64,000 bases of DNA from Eledone cirrhosa (lineage: Eukaryota), in NCBI GenBank assembly GCA_964016885.1, contig OZ024740.1, forward strand, positions 150,164,001 through 150,228,000, read 5' to 3'. Below, in pieces: positions 23,971-37,779 of the stretch. The notes beneath the pieces are model-generated. The model was not told the DNA's origin. It saw only the letters and a program-made list of their open reading frames with translations, and searched no databases. Within the stretch, counting starts at the first letter, position 1, and each line of letters starts with the position of its first letter. Made by a program: the position numbers and the translations under genes.

Positions 23971-24317
23971 AGCTAAGCGAGAGATAGAGGGGAAGAAAGA
24001 GAGGGGGGGGGGGGAGATAGTGGCTGACCGCAGCCCCCTCGTGGAGAAGCAGGAGGGTGAAGGGGTGGATCGGCTTTTTGACTTTCAAGTAGCATACTAT
24101 ATATATTTAAAGTAATTTATAAGTAGAATGGGGAGGATTTTGTTTTTTTTTTGTTTGAGAATACGATAGAATTAGGATAGAAGGTTATGAATGTTTAACA
24201 AGCGATTTAACAAAAAGCAAAACTGCAAGATTTGTTCTGTTCAATACGACAAAAACACCGTATTTAAACCTTAAATAGATAACAAAAAAATACAGATTTC
24301 GGATTTTGCGAGATTGG
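22647..24317. repeat. Tandem array of ~510-bp units (3 full + ~140-bp partial)
   Basis: Units start at 22647, 23157, 23670, 24180 (gaaggttatgaatgtttaac); nearly identical apart from homopolymer lengths and a 1-bp indel. Confidence 0.97.
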
Positions 24318-25444
24318 CAGTTATAGAATTATTCATTCTGTCAGATGAAACAAAAAAATAATCTTTAAATACACTTGTGCATTTTCATACATTAAAACAA
24401 GCAAATTAAAAAATCTGGGAGTATAGGTCAGATAGAAGAAGAACAAACATACATGCAAACACACACAAAGGAAAAAAGTGTGTAAATATGAGATGATATG
24501 ATATGGCTATCCCATTAATAGGTCAACCTACTTTTTCACTGAACTGTGCATTGTAGACAATCGTCTGACCAGAACTCCCACTGGATTATGTAGCCAGAGA
24601 TATAACATGACAAAAAAATAAAGTCACGGTCATTATAGCTCGCTCAAATACTGTGAATCACAGATCTGTGTTCAGGCTGACAAAATTTCAACTACTAAAA
24701 ATCTTAGATTTCATTCAAAGTAGAACATATTACATGAGAATGTAAGAAAATAAGATAATTCCAGTAATGATTAAAGTAGCAGTCTTGAGCACTCTTTCTT
24801 TCAGATATTATAACTAAAACTCTTGTATTAAATGTGTTCTTGGTATAATTGTTTCTACTTTTGGCACAAGGCCAGCAATTATTCCAGTGTATTACTGGTA
24901 CTTTATTTGGTATAATATTGTGATTCTAGGGAGATAACATTACTTCTAGAATTTCAAATGATATTTGACTGGACTCTTGTCAGATAGTTATGCAGTAAGT
25001 TTATAGTGAATGGTAGCAATTGAAATATGTGAAATATGTTGAAATATGTTGAAATATGTGACCCAGGATTGCTATTTCTAGCCAGTGAAGATAAAACTGC
25101 CGATAAATAGCTTGTGGTATTTATTCAGCCACAAACTCTTATCAGATCCCAAATCAATTACGCTATTCACAAATGCAAAATTGAAAATACAAACAAAACA
25201 CTCCAAACACAAATAGAGAGAATTTTGGGGGTGTAAATATAATGGAAGTTTACTCCTTTATAAATACATTTAATTACTACATATTTGCTAAATGTTGAAC
25301 ACAAATGAGATGACATTTTCTTCCAAATCTATCTTAAAACACAAACAAATCCAGATACACCCTTCTAGTTGTATACACAAGACTGTACATAAAAATCACG
25401 TAAAAAGTTAAACATTTTAAGGCCATTTTTCTTCACAAACTTCC

Positions 25445-28038
25445 TTATGCTTTCGTTACCAAACCGCCCAAAGCCACCCGAAAAAAAATTTGGTTCATGT
25501 GACCAAGCCGCCCAAAATCGCCCGTACTCACACATTTATATTTAAATGAGAATATCACAGCAAATGTTGTAAGTACATTCATGAAAACACGTGATTATAC
25601 TGCGTAAACAATTGAGCTACAGTTTTGGACAACGATCGACGTGTTATTTTAATTCTATGAATTTTGTGAGATTTTTTTCCAAATTTGTTCCTGTTGTGTT
25701 TTGAAAATTTGTAATTCTGACAAAAAAATGGATACCAATTTCATTCCTTCAAGCAGCGAGTCAGAATTCGAAGGATTTTCCTCTGAAGACCTTGAAAAAT
25801 CTAACTATAACTGAAAAAAAAAAAAAAAAAAAAAAAAAAAGCACGTGATATTTGATAATGAATCCGATGTTTCATTTTCCGAAAGTGAAAACTGAATCCG
25901 AGAGCTCCGATGACAGCAATAAAGAAAATGAATTGGCACCTGAATAGAGTAAAAATTTAAAAACTTTCTTTCAGTGATTTTTGTGAAGAAACTGGACCAA
26001 GTCACAGTCTATCCCAGGAGAGCAAAGCTTTAGACTATTTCCTTTTACTTTTTCCTATGAGCTTGTTTGAAATCATTACGGCGGAAACAAACCATTACGC
26101 TGGAAGTAAACAAAGCAAAAAAAAAGGAGAGTTTGTGGTTTCCCACAAGCTTAAATGAAATTAGAGCTTATTTTGCCATAAATATTATGGGCATTTGAAA
26201 GCTACCCAGAATTACAAATTACTGGAGTAGCGATGAACCCTTTGGAGACGAATATGTCTCAAGTATAATGACGAGGACACGGTTTTTAAAATTGGTGCAA
26301 TATTTACATGTAAGAGACACGAGCACTACACCAGTACGTGGAGAACCAAACTATGATCCCTTATTTAAAATAAGACCCCTCATTGACTGTGTTCAAAACA
26401 CAAGGAGATATTTATCTATCGATGAGGGTATGGTGGGCTATAAAGGCCGAGTGCATTTTCGACAATATATGCCAGGAAAGCCCACAAAATGGGGGATCAA
26501 AGTTTGGAAGATTTGCGAATCGAATACTGGGTACTGCTCTGGATTTGAATTTTATACTGGCAAAAGAGACAATTATGTAAGTCAGTATAGCCTAGGGCAT
26601 GATGTGGTCTGGAATTTATCACTTCCATACCATAACCAGGGCCGTATATTATTTTTTGACCGGTTTTCAGTTCGGTCAAACTTGCGGAGAATTTAGATCC
26701 TGTGGCAACACATACTACAGTGATCGCTAATAGAAAAGGACTGCCGTTGGATTTAAAAAAAGCAAAATTTAAAAAAAAAAAGGTGAAATAATTCAATGGC
26801 AGAAAGGAAATTTGCTAGTGACCGCATACAGAGATAAGAGGCAGATCAATTTTCTGTCTACCTGTGCACGGCCACATGTGGGTGAAAATGGCACTCGTTT
26901 GTGAATCTCAATTATAACAGGTACATGGGTGGTGTAGATCGGATGAATCAGATGATGTCTTATCCATTTGGCAGACCGGGGAATAAATGGTGGCGATACC
27001 TGGTTTGGTATATAGTAAATATGAGCATTACTAATGCGTTTATACTATATACCAAATCGGGACCGGCTCGAAAGCGATGCGACCACCTGCAGTTCCGAGC
27101 AGATATAGAAACACAATTAAGAGCTGGTTATTCCTAAAAAAAAAAAAAATAACTGTAGGGAGAAAAAACAAAGCCTACCAGAGGGATATCCCTCTGAATT
27201 CAGCCGATCTCCATATATTAGAGAAGAGGGAGGGAAAAAAAAAAAAAAAAAAAAAAAAAAACGAGGGTCGCAAAAGGCAGTGTCGGTGAATGCCTTCATC
27301 AAAAAAGGAAAGCTCCTAGTGGAAGGTCTGTTGAAACAACTTTCCAATGTGCATTCTGCAAGGTTGCATTATGTAGAGCAGAGTGCTTTACAAGTTTTCA
27401 TGATAGGAATATTGTTCGATTTGATTTTTATTAATATTTTCAAATTTACCAAGTTTTTATTTATGTGTAATTTTAATTTACCTGTTAGGTAAATGACGAG
27501 TTTTGATTAATTTCTTTTATAAATCATTATTGTATATTTCTGCGTATCTATGTATGTGGGAGAGCTTATTTAATCTAGTTGATGGTGTGTGTGTATTTTG
27601 TTTTCTAGTTTTCTACACAGACAAATTCCAGTCTTTCGTTTTATTTATACCTTTATGGTACACCTGTCTTTTGTGTGTTTAAATTCACCTGATAAATCCA
27701 GTAATGTGCACAACTCTTCTATAGTAAAATTTTGTTGTATACCCAATTGAATATTCGCTAATAACCCATTTTCTATAGCAATGTTTGAAAATTTAAATAA
27801 TTTCATATTTTGTTGAATTTACCTGTATTTACCTGCAATTAGAGTCACTTTGAGACAAAAATTATGGAATAGAATTGGTTGAGAACCTTTTAAATTTTCT
27901 TCCAAAAATCACAATATGTTGATAAATAAAAAAGTTAAGAGTTGTTTAATGAAACCAGACTAAATTTATGATTATGTTGGAAATGAATTGAAACACACAA
28001 GGTGTATTTTGGTTAGAAATATGGTAACGAAAGGGTTA
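25445..28038 (+). mobile_element. Near full-length degenerate piggyBac transposon
   Basis: TIR ctttcgttacca / tggtaacgaaagggtta; transposase fragments MTRTRF..DPLFKIRP..SIDEGMV..QYMPGKPTKWGIKVW, YNRYMGGVDRMNQ, Cys-rich C-terminus. Confidence 0.92.
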
Positions 28039-28659
28039 TACTCTCATCATGGGATCCTTTTTGACACCATTTTAACACCAAAAGTGTACCTGGTGCCAAG
28101 CCTTTTAGTTGCCCCTTATGACAGAGGGATACAGTGTACCTATTCTAAACAAGACACAAAAAAATTTATCAGGTCAAATGGTCAGTGGATTTGGATTTTT
28201 AAAAATTGGTACTTTTTTTTTTTTTCCATTTTCTAACTACAGAATATTGAATACTAAAGGAATAACATTTAAGGAATGTCATTGCAAGATCTATTTAGTT
28301 ACCATTTTAAAAGAGCAAGAAATAATTTTGAAAAGTGGTTTATTTATTAACTAGGTAGAAAGCTTAACAGGTTTTGCTCAATATTTCAAATATAAAATAT
28401 AAAAATTAGATTAACCTATAAACAGGAAGTTCTGGCTGATTTACTGCCATTGCAACTTAGAACAGTTTTAAAAAGACATTGAGAACAAAGCTGTGATCTT
28501 TTAGCCTTAACTCTTTCATTTCCATATTTCTAATAAAAAAAATAAAAAAAATAAAAAAAATAAAAAAAAGAATTTTGAAAATATGCAAAAATTTGGAAGG
28601 ATTTAGAAATACAGGAAGGTTGGGAGAAAAGTTCATATGCAGACTATGATTCTCTTGTG

Positions 28660-29810
28660 GAATGTAACCAAATGAAGTTTAATTTTTAACAGTCCCCTTT
28701 GCAGTCCACACACTCCTTCCATCAGTGTCGCAGTACTTGGATCCCATTGGTGAAGAAGCTTTCATCCTATTGGTAAAAAAAGTCATCAACAGCAGATATG
28801 GCATCATTGCTGTGATACTGGTTGCCAGCCAAGTGTTTTTTCATGTTGGGGAACAGATAATCAGATGGAGCCAAATCAAGAGCATAGGTAAGGTGATCAA
28901 CCAATTCAAAGCCAGTCACGCACAGCAGCCATTGAAACCAAGGACTTGTGTGCTGGAGCATTGTTGATGAAGCAAAACCCCTTTCATTAGTTTTCCTGGG
29001 TATTTGGTCTTGATAGCTTTTCGTAACTGCCTCAACAACTAAGCATAGCACTCTTCATTGATGGTGTGGCCCTTTTGAAGATAGTCAATAAACACAGTGC
29101 CTTCTACATCCCCCAAAACTGAGGCCACCACCTTCATTTCAAATGAGACAACCTTGGCCTTCTTTGGAGCAGGTGAGGAGAGGTGTTTCCACTGCATGGA
29201 TTGTTGCTTTGGCTCAAAGTGATGAATCCAACATTCTGGGTTAGGACATGTTCAAAAAAACCACTTGGATCTGCTTCAATATCAGATTTTCCCCCATGAT
29301 GTGATCAGCCTGGTACACTTTGGATCAAGTGTCGGAAAACATGGCACCCACCAAGCAGAAACCTTCATCATGCCAAGTTCATTGTGCAGAATATTCTCAA
29401 ATCTCATGTTATATGCTAATAGCATTGGCTATTTGATTTATAGCCAATCACCTGTCATCCTCACCATATGGTAAACACACAATCTTTTCCTTTGTGGTGG
29501 CAGTTGCAAGACGTCCAGACAGTCATTTTCATGGCTCCCTGATCCTCCTAGATTCAGCTGTCCACTTTTACACTGTTGATAAAGCTGTAGTGTCAACATG
29601 AAATGTCCTTAGGGGTTAAATCTTTTTTTTCTGCAGGAACTTGATAACACCATGATGCCAAATTCTGTCCATTACTACTAGTTACTTTTGAAGTCTTCTT
29701 TGAACAGTCAGATGTTAGTTTACCTGAAAAGAAACAATGCAGTTAATAAGAAGAGGTGAAATTAATGCATGCAAAATTTCATAGCTCTAGTATCTCTCCT
29801 TCAGTCTTCC
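28660..29810 (-). mobile_element. Degenerate mariner transposon
   Basis: ORF 28767..29051 has Y(A)LDLAPSDYLFPNMKKHL (YSPDLAP motif); WVPC-like remnant near 29345. Confidence 0.85.
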
Positions 29811-31203
29811 ATAGTTCTTATGGTAGTTTTTTGTTTTAATAGATATGATGATAAATACTTTACAACAGTTTTGTATCAGAGAACCAGGATCAGTCCAGTA
29901 TCAAAAGGGTCATAGCAATTCATTTTAATCAGGATCCAAAAATCGATATCACATCACAACACTAATTTCACGAACCCCTGGCATAAACTCAAATTCCCCA
30001 AAAAATAGACTGAATAACTAAGATCTTTCTTTTTCAGAAAAAGTTGAACCAAATCATCTGGGTGATTAAGCAATGTAATTACACAGAAGTGTCCAGCTAT
30101 GGACTCTAAAATAGTATGTGATTGATGTCATATGTATGTAACTAGTGGATAAGTGGTTTCATTAAGAAGGATGAGGGACCAAAGTGTATATCCATACAAG
30201 AAAGTCTATGACATTGAAGGAAAGAAACTACTTTTGTTATTTCATTACTACTATCCATAAAAACAAAATTACCACATGACACTTAATACCAGCCTTAGTT
30301 ATATAATATACAACTATTTAAGTATTTTGTTTTAACCCTGTTCTCAAAATTATACCTAAGAACCTTGTTACATTCCAAACAGATTAACTCTTAAACTTAA
30401 CACCATGTAAAGATTTAGCAGAAAATGTCAGAAGAGAAAAGAAAAGGTGGCGTAGTTAATTCAATCTTCAAAATATCTTTATTAGATTGTCACTATCATG
30501 TGAAAATTTGCAGCAAACTAAAAACTTTCATTTTCAATGTGATGTAGCCATAGTTTTATACATTTTAAAAATGCTTTTCTTGTTAATGAGGTACAAGATG
30601 TTAGAAGTTAATAAAGGAACCTAACTTTTATTAAACCCTTCAAAATTTTCCATGTATTTCAAACAATTGAAACAAGGGCTATGCACTGCATTAAAAATAT
30701 CCTTAGGAAATTGTTTAAAGTCAACTAAAAATTACCAAGAAGAAATTCAAATAATTGAAACCAACAACTAAATATCTTAGCTCTCAATCAAATGTGAAAT
30801 TAGAACTGAATTACAAACAAGTAAATTGTACTTTATGGTGACATAACATTGGAAAATATTGCATTAACTCAATACCAGTTGTACCACATGAAACCATATC
30901 AGGACATCCTTTTCAATATTTTCTGCTAAGTCATTACAGGATATTAAGAGTTTCATAGATAAACTCTTGTTCACATATAAAATTTCAGAAAAGGCAATCA
31001 CATCTGCTATGCAGATGTGCAGAAAATGGATGATACCTGCTGCAAGAGAAATGCACATTTTCAAAGGATACGGAAAGAGAAAGAAAGATGGGAAGGAGTA
31101 AGATTGAATCTCAAACAGGGACATGCCACTATGCAAACTCACATCCACATACAAAATATATATACACACACAATGAAAATTAAATAAGAGGTGAAGATAG
31201 GTT

Positions 31204-31373
31204 CTTAACCCTTTAGCATTTACATTAGTCTATATTTACTATTATATTTTCATAGTGAAGGCTTTATCTCACATTAAATCTACGAGATATTGATATCTAT
31301 TTTGAAAACAATACCTTAACATCAGTATAAGCAACTGGTTACGTTACAGCCGGTTTAAATGTTAAAGGGCTAA
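31204..31373. mobile_element. piggyBac-type MITE (TTAACCCTTTAGCA family)
   Basis: ttaaccctttagcatt ... aatgttaaagggctaa; homologous to 32762, 59462 and 62612. Confidence 0.75.
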
Positions 31374-31728
31374 TTAATTAGTTCATTGTTTTATGATTGT
31401 TTCAGAGGAATTACAATCATGATAAATCGACATATTGACAAATTAATCGTGGTGTGCCACCAAATATTACTATTCCCGACATTCCAGATCCATTTCACAG
31501 TTGAATTCATTAATACATTTTCAAACTTCTGTCAGTGATGCAGCTCTTGTCTTTATTAACATCAACATATCCCCAAAACCTTTCTTGAGGCTTTTCTTCT
31601 CATTAACAAATCACAAAACAATTGAAATTTCATTTGAAGACCCATAGCCTCATCAAACATAGCAGCAAATGATGTTTTTTTTCAATCATTGCCTTAATTT
31701 CACCTTTAATTGTAACAGCTATACCATG

Positions 31729-31913
31729 AATTGTTTCTACTTTTGGCACAAGGCCAGCAATTAATTCCAGTGTATTACTGGTACTTTATTTTATCGACCC
31801 CTTAAGGATGAAAGGCAAAGTTAACCTCGGCGGGTTTTGAACTCAGTCCGTAAAGGGACGTAACTGTGCTGCAAAGCATGGCGTCCGACCCTCTACCGAT
31901 ACTGCCAATCCAC
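31729..31913 (-). mobile_element. SINE family A, near full length
   Basis: Same sequence as the 33418 and 48246 copies; TSD-like ataccat(g/t)aat. Confidence 0.88.
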
Positions 31914-32214
31914 ATACCATTAATGATCTCATTTTGAATATCACTTGAAAGTTCAGAAAATGTGTAGCTAGCATTTTTCTTCACAAAATCTAAATACTAT
32001 CTTAAGCATTGTATTCTGCTACTGCTTCACATATAGCCAGAAAATTAACCTTACTGTTTGATCTTTCTGTTTCATTGTGTCCTCGAAATGCTAATTAAAT
32101 TACGCAAGCACTCCTCATAAGGAATTATATGAATCTAGATACTTGGGATGGTATTAATGCCAGACTTTGCCAGAGTCTCATTCCATTGATCTTACTAGTT
32201 GTGAGCACAACCTT

Positions 32215-32264
<50 letters not shown>

Positions 32265-32761
32265 TAATTGTCTTGCCTCTCTTGAAATACCAATTATGCC
32301 ACTTCTGAAAAGTCCCTAATTCTTTTGTTCCTCAACCCCTCTAAATCAACCCAAAATTCTTTTCACTTATCTCACCTACAGACATTACATACATGGTTTG
32401 GTTAATGAAAGTTTATTCTTTTATGCAGATGTATAGATAAATTTGTTTACTCTTACAAGTGTATAGTTTTCTGCATATACAAATCTGTCAGTGGTTTTAC
32501 TTGGCAGGTATTAACATCAGCTATTCTCTTAAATCTTTACTGACCTTATTTGAATGCTGTTAGTGTATGTACATACACCCCAAATGTGTGTGAGCTATTT
32601 GACATGTATAGATATATAGTTTCTTGCTATTTACCTTCCCCCTCTCTAACTATATTTTTCTTTCTTACTTTGTAAGTCCAATCATCATTTCATCATACTC
32701 CTCCAATTTATTTACAGTCTTCCAATACACTATTTTCCCCTTCCTCCACAAAGTCCTTATT

Positions 32762-32986
32762 TTAACCCTTTAGCATTTAAACTGGCCATATCTGGCCAGA
32801 ATTCTTTCACCTCTTTCTGTTTACACCAATTGTAACCAGCTGCTCAAACTGATGTTAAGGTATTGTTCTCAAAGTAAATATCAAAATCTCATTGATTCAA
32901 TATTATATAAGATAATTATGTGAGGTAAAGCCTTTAACACAAAAATATAATAGTAAATATAAAGTAATGTAACTGCTAAAGGGTTA
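32762..32986. mobile_element. piggyBac-type MITE
   Basis: ttaaccctttagca ... tgctaaagggttaa, with TTAA at both ends. Confidence 0.85.
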
Positions 32987-33417
32987 AAAGTCAAAACTCT
33001 TACTAAAAGAAACAACTTTTATTGTCAAACTTTTAAATTAACAAATCCATCATAACTTTTGATACTTAAAATATGTCCTACTTTTCTTTTCAATTAATCA
33101 TCCTAAAACCAGCTTTCAAAGGTTAAAAGAATAAAAATGAGAAAACTAGTCCAATGATAAAATTTTATCACAATATCCTATATTGGCAAATTATAAAAAC
33201 TATACCAGAGGTTTTCAAACTTTGACACCCCACCCCTACCTACCCCTCACAGCTACATAATACCCTCATCACCCCCACCCATATTTCCAGAGAGACCAGC
33301 AACAGACCAATTGTAAATATATAATAAATAAAATCATTAATTTTATATAATAAATAATATAATATATACAATGCATAAATAAATATATATATTTTTTATT
33401 TTACTATATTTATATAT

Positions 33418-33596
33418 AATTGTTTCTACTTTAGGCACAAGGCCAGCAATTACCCAGTGCATTACTGGTACTTTATTTTATCGACCCCGTAAGGATGAAA
33501 GGCAAAGTCAACCTCGGCGGGATTTGAACTCAGATCGTAAAGGGACGTAACTATGCTGGAAAGCATGGCATCCGACCCTCTACCGATACTGCCAAA
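33418..33596 (-). mobile_element. SINE family A
   Basis: Near-identical to the reverse complement of 48246-48421. Confidence 0.88.
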
Positions 33597-33599
33597 TAT

Positions 33600-36228
33600 A
33601 TATCAGATAGATTTTATCCTCATCAGAGGACGTGACAGGTGGACGGTCGTAAACACAAAAGCCTTCTCTAGTGAGGAATGTACCTCCCAACATAGCTTAG
33701 TTGCCAGCGACCTCGCGGTCAAAACTAGACAAACCTGGAAACAGAAGCCAACCTGGAGAAGAAAGATCTGGAAGCTGAAAGACCCTTCAGCCAGTAATAG
33801 ATTTAAAGATATGACAGTAAAGAAGAACAGATAGAGACACTCAATGTAGAAGAGCACAGAGTTCCTAAAAAATAACTTACTAAAGGCAACGGATGAGATC
33901 TGTGGCTGGAGTAAGACCACAGGCAGGAGGAGAGTGACTTGGTGGTGGAGCAATAAGGTAGACGAGGCAGTTAAGGCCAAGAGACAGGCATGGAAAGAAT
34001 GGCAGAACGGGGGAAGCAGGGTATATTACATAGAGACCAAGAGGGAAGCTAGGCGACAAGTATACTTAGCTAGAAGAGAAGCAGAGGATAGAAAATTCAA
34101 GCATGTTTTGCAACGCGAGAACCAGAAACAGGAGGTGTTCAAGATTGTGAGGCAGTGTGTCAGAGAGAATTGTGATGTCATTGGAGAGAAGTGTATCTGG
34201 AATGATAAAAGTGAGCTTGCCCTCACAAGTGCTGAGAAGAAAGATGCGTGGAAGAGCCATTGATAGATTACTAAATGAGGAGAATGCATGGGAAGAAGAG
34301 ACCTTACCCCAAGTAGACCCTATAAAGGGGCCAGCAGCAGCGTAATAAGGCAATGAAAGATATGAAGACGGAGAAGGCTACCGGTCCATCGGGTATAACT
34401 GCCGAGATGAAGGGATCTGGGTCGGTAGGTCACACTATAACCACACGTATTGTTAACCAGGTAATACTAGGTGTCATACCAAAAGATTGGTGCAGTAGCA
34501 TCATTGTCAACTGCTACAAAGGTAAAGGTGATGCATTAGATAGAGGAAACTATAGGTATAAAGCTGATGGACCAGGTCATAAAAGTAACAAAGAGTTATA
34601 GCACAGTTGATTAGGGACCGGGTGAAACTAGATGAGATGCAATTTGGGTTTGTGCCAGGAAGAGGCAACACTAATGTCCTCTTCCTTGTGAGGCAGTTAC
34701 AGGAAAAGTACCTAGCTAAAAGTAAGCCACTCTACCTGGCATTCGTCGATCTCGAGAAAGCCTTTGACAGAGTTCCCCCGTGTTATAATCTGGTGGGCTC
34801 TTAGAAAACTAGGATTAGATGAATGGCTTGTGAAAGCTGTAGAAACCATGTATAGGGGAGCAGTCAGCAAAGTTAGGATTAGCAATGAGTATAGCAAGGA
34901 ATTTAGTGTACAGGTCGGTGTCCACCAGGGCTCTGTTCTTAGCCCTCTCCTGTTCATCATAGTCCTGCAGGCAATAACGGAGGATGCCCATGAGAACTCC
35001 TGTATGCAGATGATCTCACACTTATAGCTGAATCTTCCAAATTTGGAAGCAGGGACTAGAAAGAAAGGGTCTCAAAGTCAACCTGACAAAGACTAAGGTC
35101 CTTGTAAGTAGACGAGAAAACAGACCCCAAATCCCCTCAGGGAAATGGCCTTGCTCAGTATGTAGGAACTCCATTCTCTGCCTCAAATGCAAACAATGGG
35201 TACACAAGAGATGTAGCGGGATCTCAGGACGCTTAACTAAGACTGTAGGCTTCACATGTAGCAGCTGTGCTGGGACAGCAAGCAGCAAACAGCCACAGGA
35301 AACAAGTACCACCAATCTCTGGGAGGGCTCTGTAGAAACAGTAGACAGCTTCTGCTACCTAGGTGACCGAATTAGCAGCGGAGGTGGGTGTTCGGAAAGT
35401 ACAAAAACTAGGGTAAGAACGGGATGGAAGAAGTTCAAGGAGCTACTGCCAGCTGCAAAAGGCTTTTCCCTCAAAATGAAAGGTAGACTGTATGATGCGT
35501 GTATACGAACAGCAATGTTACATGGTAGCGAGACCTGGGCGCTGTCTGTGGAAGACTTGCGTAGATTAGAAAGAAACAAAGCCTGTATGCTCCGATGGAT
35601 GTGTAATAGTAATATACGTGAATGGCAAAGCCTAAATGAATTGAGAGAGAGACTGAGCATAAGAGGAATAAAATGCTGTGTGCAGGAGAGGCGGCTGACT
35701 TGGTATGGACATGTGATGCGTATGAAGGATGACAGCTGCATAAAAAGGTGCAGAGCACTAGAAGTCGATGGAAAGCGCGGAGTGGGGAGACCCAAGAAGA
35801 GCTGGGATGAGGTGATAAAAGCCGACCTTACCCAATTACACCTCTCAAAGGCGATGATACACGACCATGACCTCTGGCATCACGCAGTAATACAGAAGAC
35901 CCGACCCCCCACGGGTACAAGCCGAAGCTGAAGCATATAGACAATATGCCCCCACACCCTCCCACTGCAAAGTGGTCGTTGAGGTGCTACGGCAAAAAAA
36001 GCACCCAACCCACACTGTAAAGTGGACATGTAGGCGCCACGGAAAAAAACCATCCAGCACTTATTGTAAATGAGGTTGGTGTTAGGAAGGGCATCCAGCT
36101 GTAGAAATCAAGCCAGAATCAGTTCCCATATGAGCAAGGCATGGTCACCCGACCAGACACTGCACACAACAGGACAACCCGTCTAACCCATGCTAGAGTG
36201 GAAGAATGGACGTAAAACGGTGATGATG
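33600..36228 (+). mobile_element. 5'-truncated, frameshifted RTE LINE (related subfamily)
   Basis: ORF pieces 33553-35931 are collinear with the 995-aa ORF; 3' UTR ends aacggtgatgatg. Confidence 0.93.
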
Positions 36229-37082
36229 TATACAATACTATAATAAATTATAAATAATTAATCCACCATCAACATAATGCACAATGCATATTGGAGAAGT
36301 AAATAGCTTACCACTAAAACAGCCCATCCAGATAGGATTTTAGAGAGGGGGGTTGAATGAGAAGGATAAGTTTGGTGAAGTGAAAGTAGTCTCAATCTCA
36401 GACTGAATTGTACTAAGAATAAATCTGAGATCTCCATAATTCAGAGCTTGCACTGCTGCTTTGTAAGAAGGCAAGTGACTGCTGAAGTAAAACTTCAGGT
36501 AAAAGGTTAAATAGAAGAAAGAATACAAGACAAGGTTTCTAACTTATGGGCACGTTCACTTGCATGGGCGGAATGACAGCCTTTCCATTCCTCCCAAAGC
36601 CCCCTTACCCTTCAAAAAGCTCCCTAGGGGGGAGGGGGTAACACCCACTTTGAGAACCTCTGCTCTATACCAACAGTTGATCATTTGAAGTACAATTTTT
36701 TTTATGGCAAACGGATGTAGTAAATACAAAATTGCAATTAGAACTAAAATGTGTCAACTCAAAAGATGCCATTTTAGAGCCAAGACACTAAGTTTTGGCA
36801 CAAATAAAAATCTAGATTGACACCTATAATTGCTAGGTTAGATAATTAATATGATCAAACTATGTGCAACTTTTTGCTACCACCTAGTGGCTACCTGATT
36901 AGGTAAAAAATAATTTGTATACCCAGTGCTGGTCCATAACATTGTGCATACCAAAACACATAATTTGCTTTCTCTTATTCCGAGTCAAATGAGTAAAAAT
37001 ACATACTATAAATATACCTGCAAAAAGGTAGAAACTTTATATTTACCAAATAGCAAAGCACAGACTCATTGTCTGAGTTTAG

Positions 37083-37370
37083 TCATCATCATCATAATTT
37101 TACATCCATTATTCCACACTGGCATGAGTTAGACGAGTTCTGTTGTGGACAATGTTAGGTCAGGTGACCATGTCTTGCTCATACAGGATTTTGGGTTAGT
37201 TTCTCCAGCTGGATGCCCTTCCTAATGCCATCCTCATTTACAGTGAGTACTGGATGCTTTTTGTCATGACACCTACACGACCACTTTACAGTGTTTCAGC
37301 CTGTCCTCATGAGATGTATGGAAGGGTAGGATGGAGTGGTGCATACTGTATATATGCTCCAGCCTGTGCC
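37083..37370 (-). mobile_element. RTE 3' UTR fragment
   Basis: (CAT)n tail, ctggatgcccttcctaa motif. Confidence 0.75.
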
Positions 37371-37779
37371 CGTATTTAGAAAAATCAAAACTATACACAC
37401 ACAAGACCAAACCATGCATAGAGCCATAAACACATATTACATACATGCTTGTATAGAGGATTCGACTTAATATGAATTATACATCCACTTTTCCATGCTT
37501 ATATATGTTGGACAATATACTTTTGAAACAATTTCTTCTATGGCCAAATTTTCAAATTCCAAGTCAATTATTTTTCGAAGTTGCTGAGCTCCTAGAAAGG
37601 TCACATTCCATGTTCCAGTTTCTATAGCTTGATATCCTTCAAACACCCACCACTTTACAGAGTATACTGGGTGTATATAATGCTACCAGCACCAGAGTGT
37701 TTGACATCCACCAGCCAAACTAAATTACCCTTCTTTGTTCATTTACCAATAACTTTACAGTTATTTTGAATTTTATCTT

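Larger units (their letters stand above)
33206..36662. mobile_element. hAT non-autonomous element containing nested SINE and RTE
   Basis: TIR cagaggttttcaaa / tttgagaacctctg; 8-bp flanks aactatac / ctctatac (6/8 match). Confidence 0.6.

Noticed and set aside
22789-24115. Three repeated 71-100-aa ORFs (MFGLCTELS...)
   Set aside because: By-product of the tandem repeat; they translate microsatellites and start at TTG.
22647-24317. CRISPR-like array
   Set aside because: Long identical units with no unique spacers, no cas genes, eukaryotic context.
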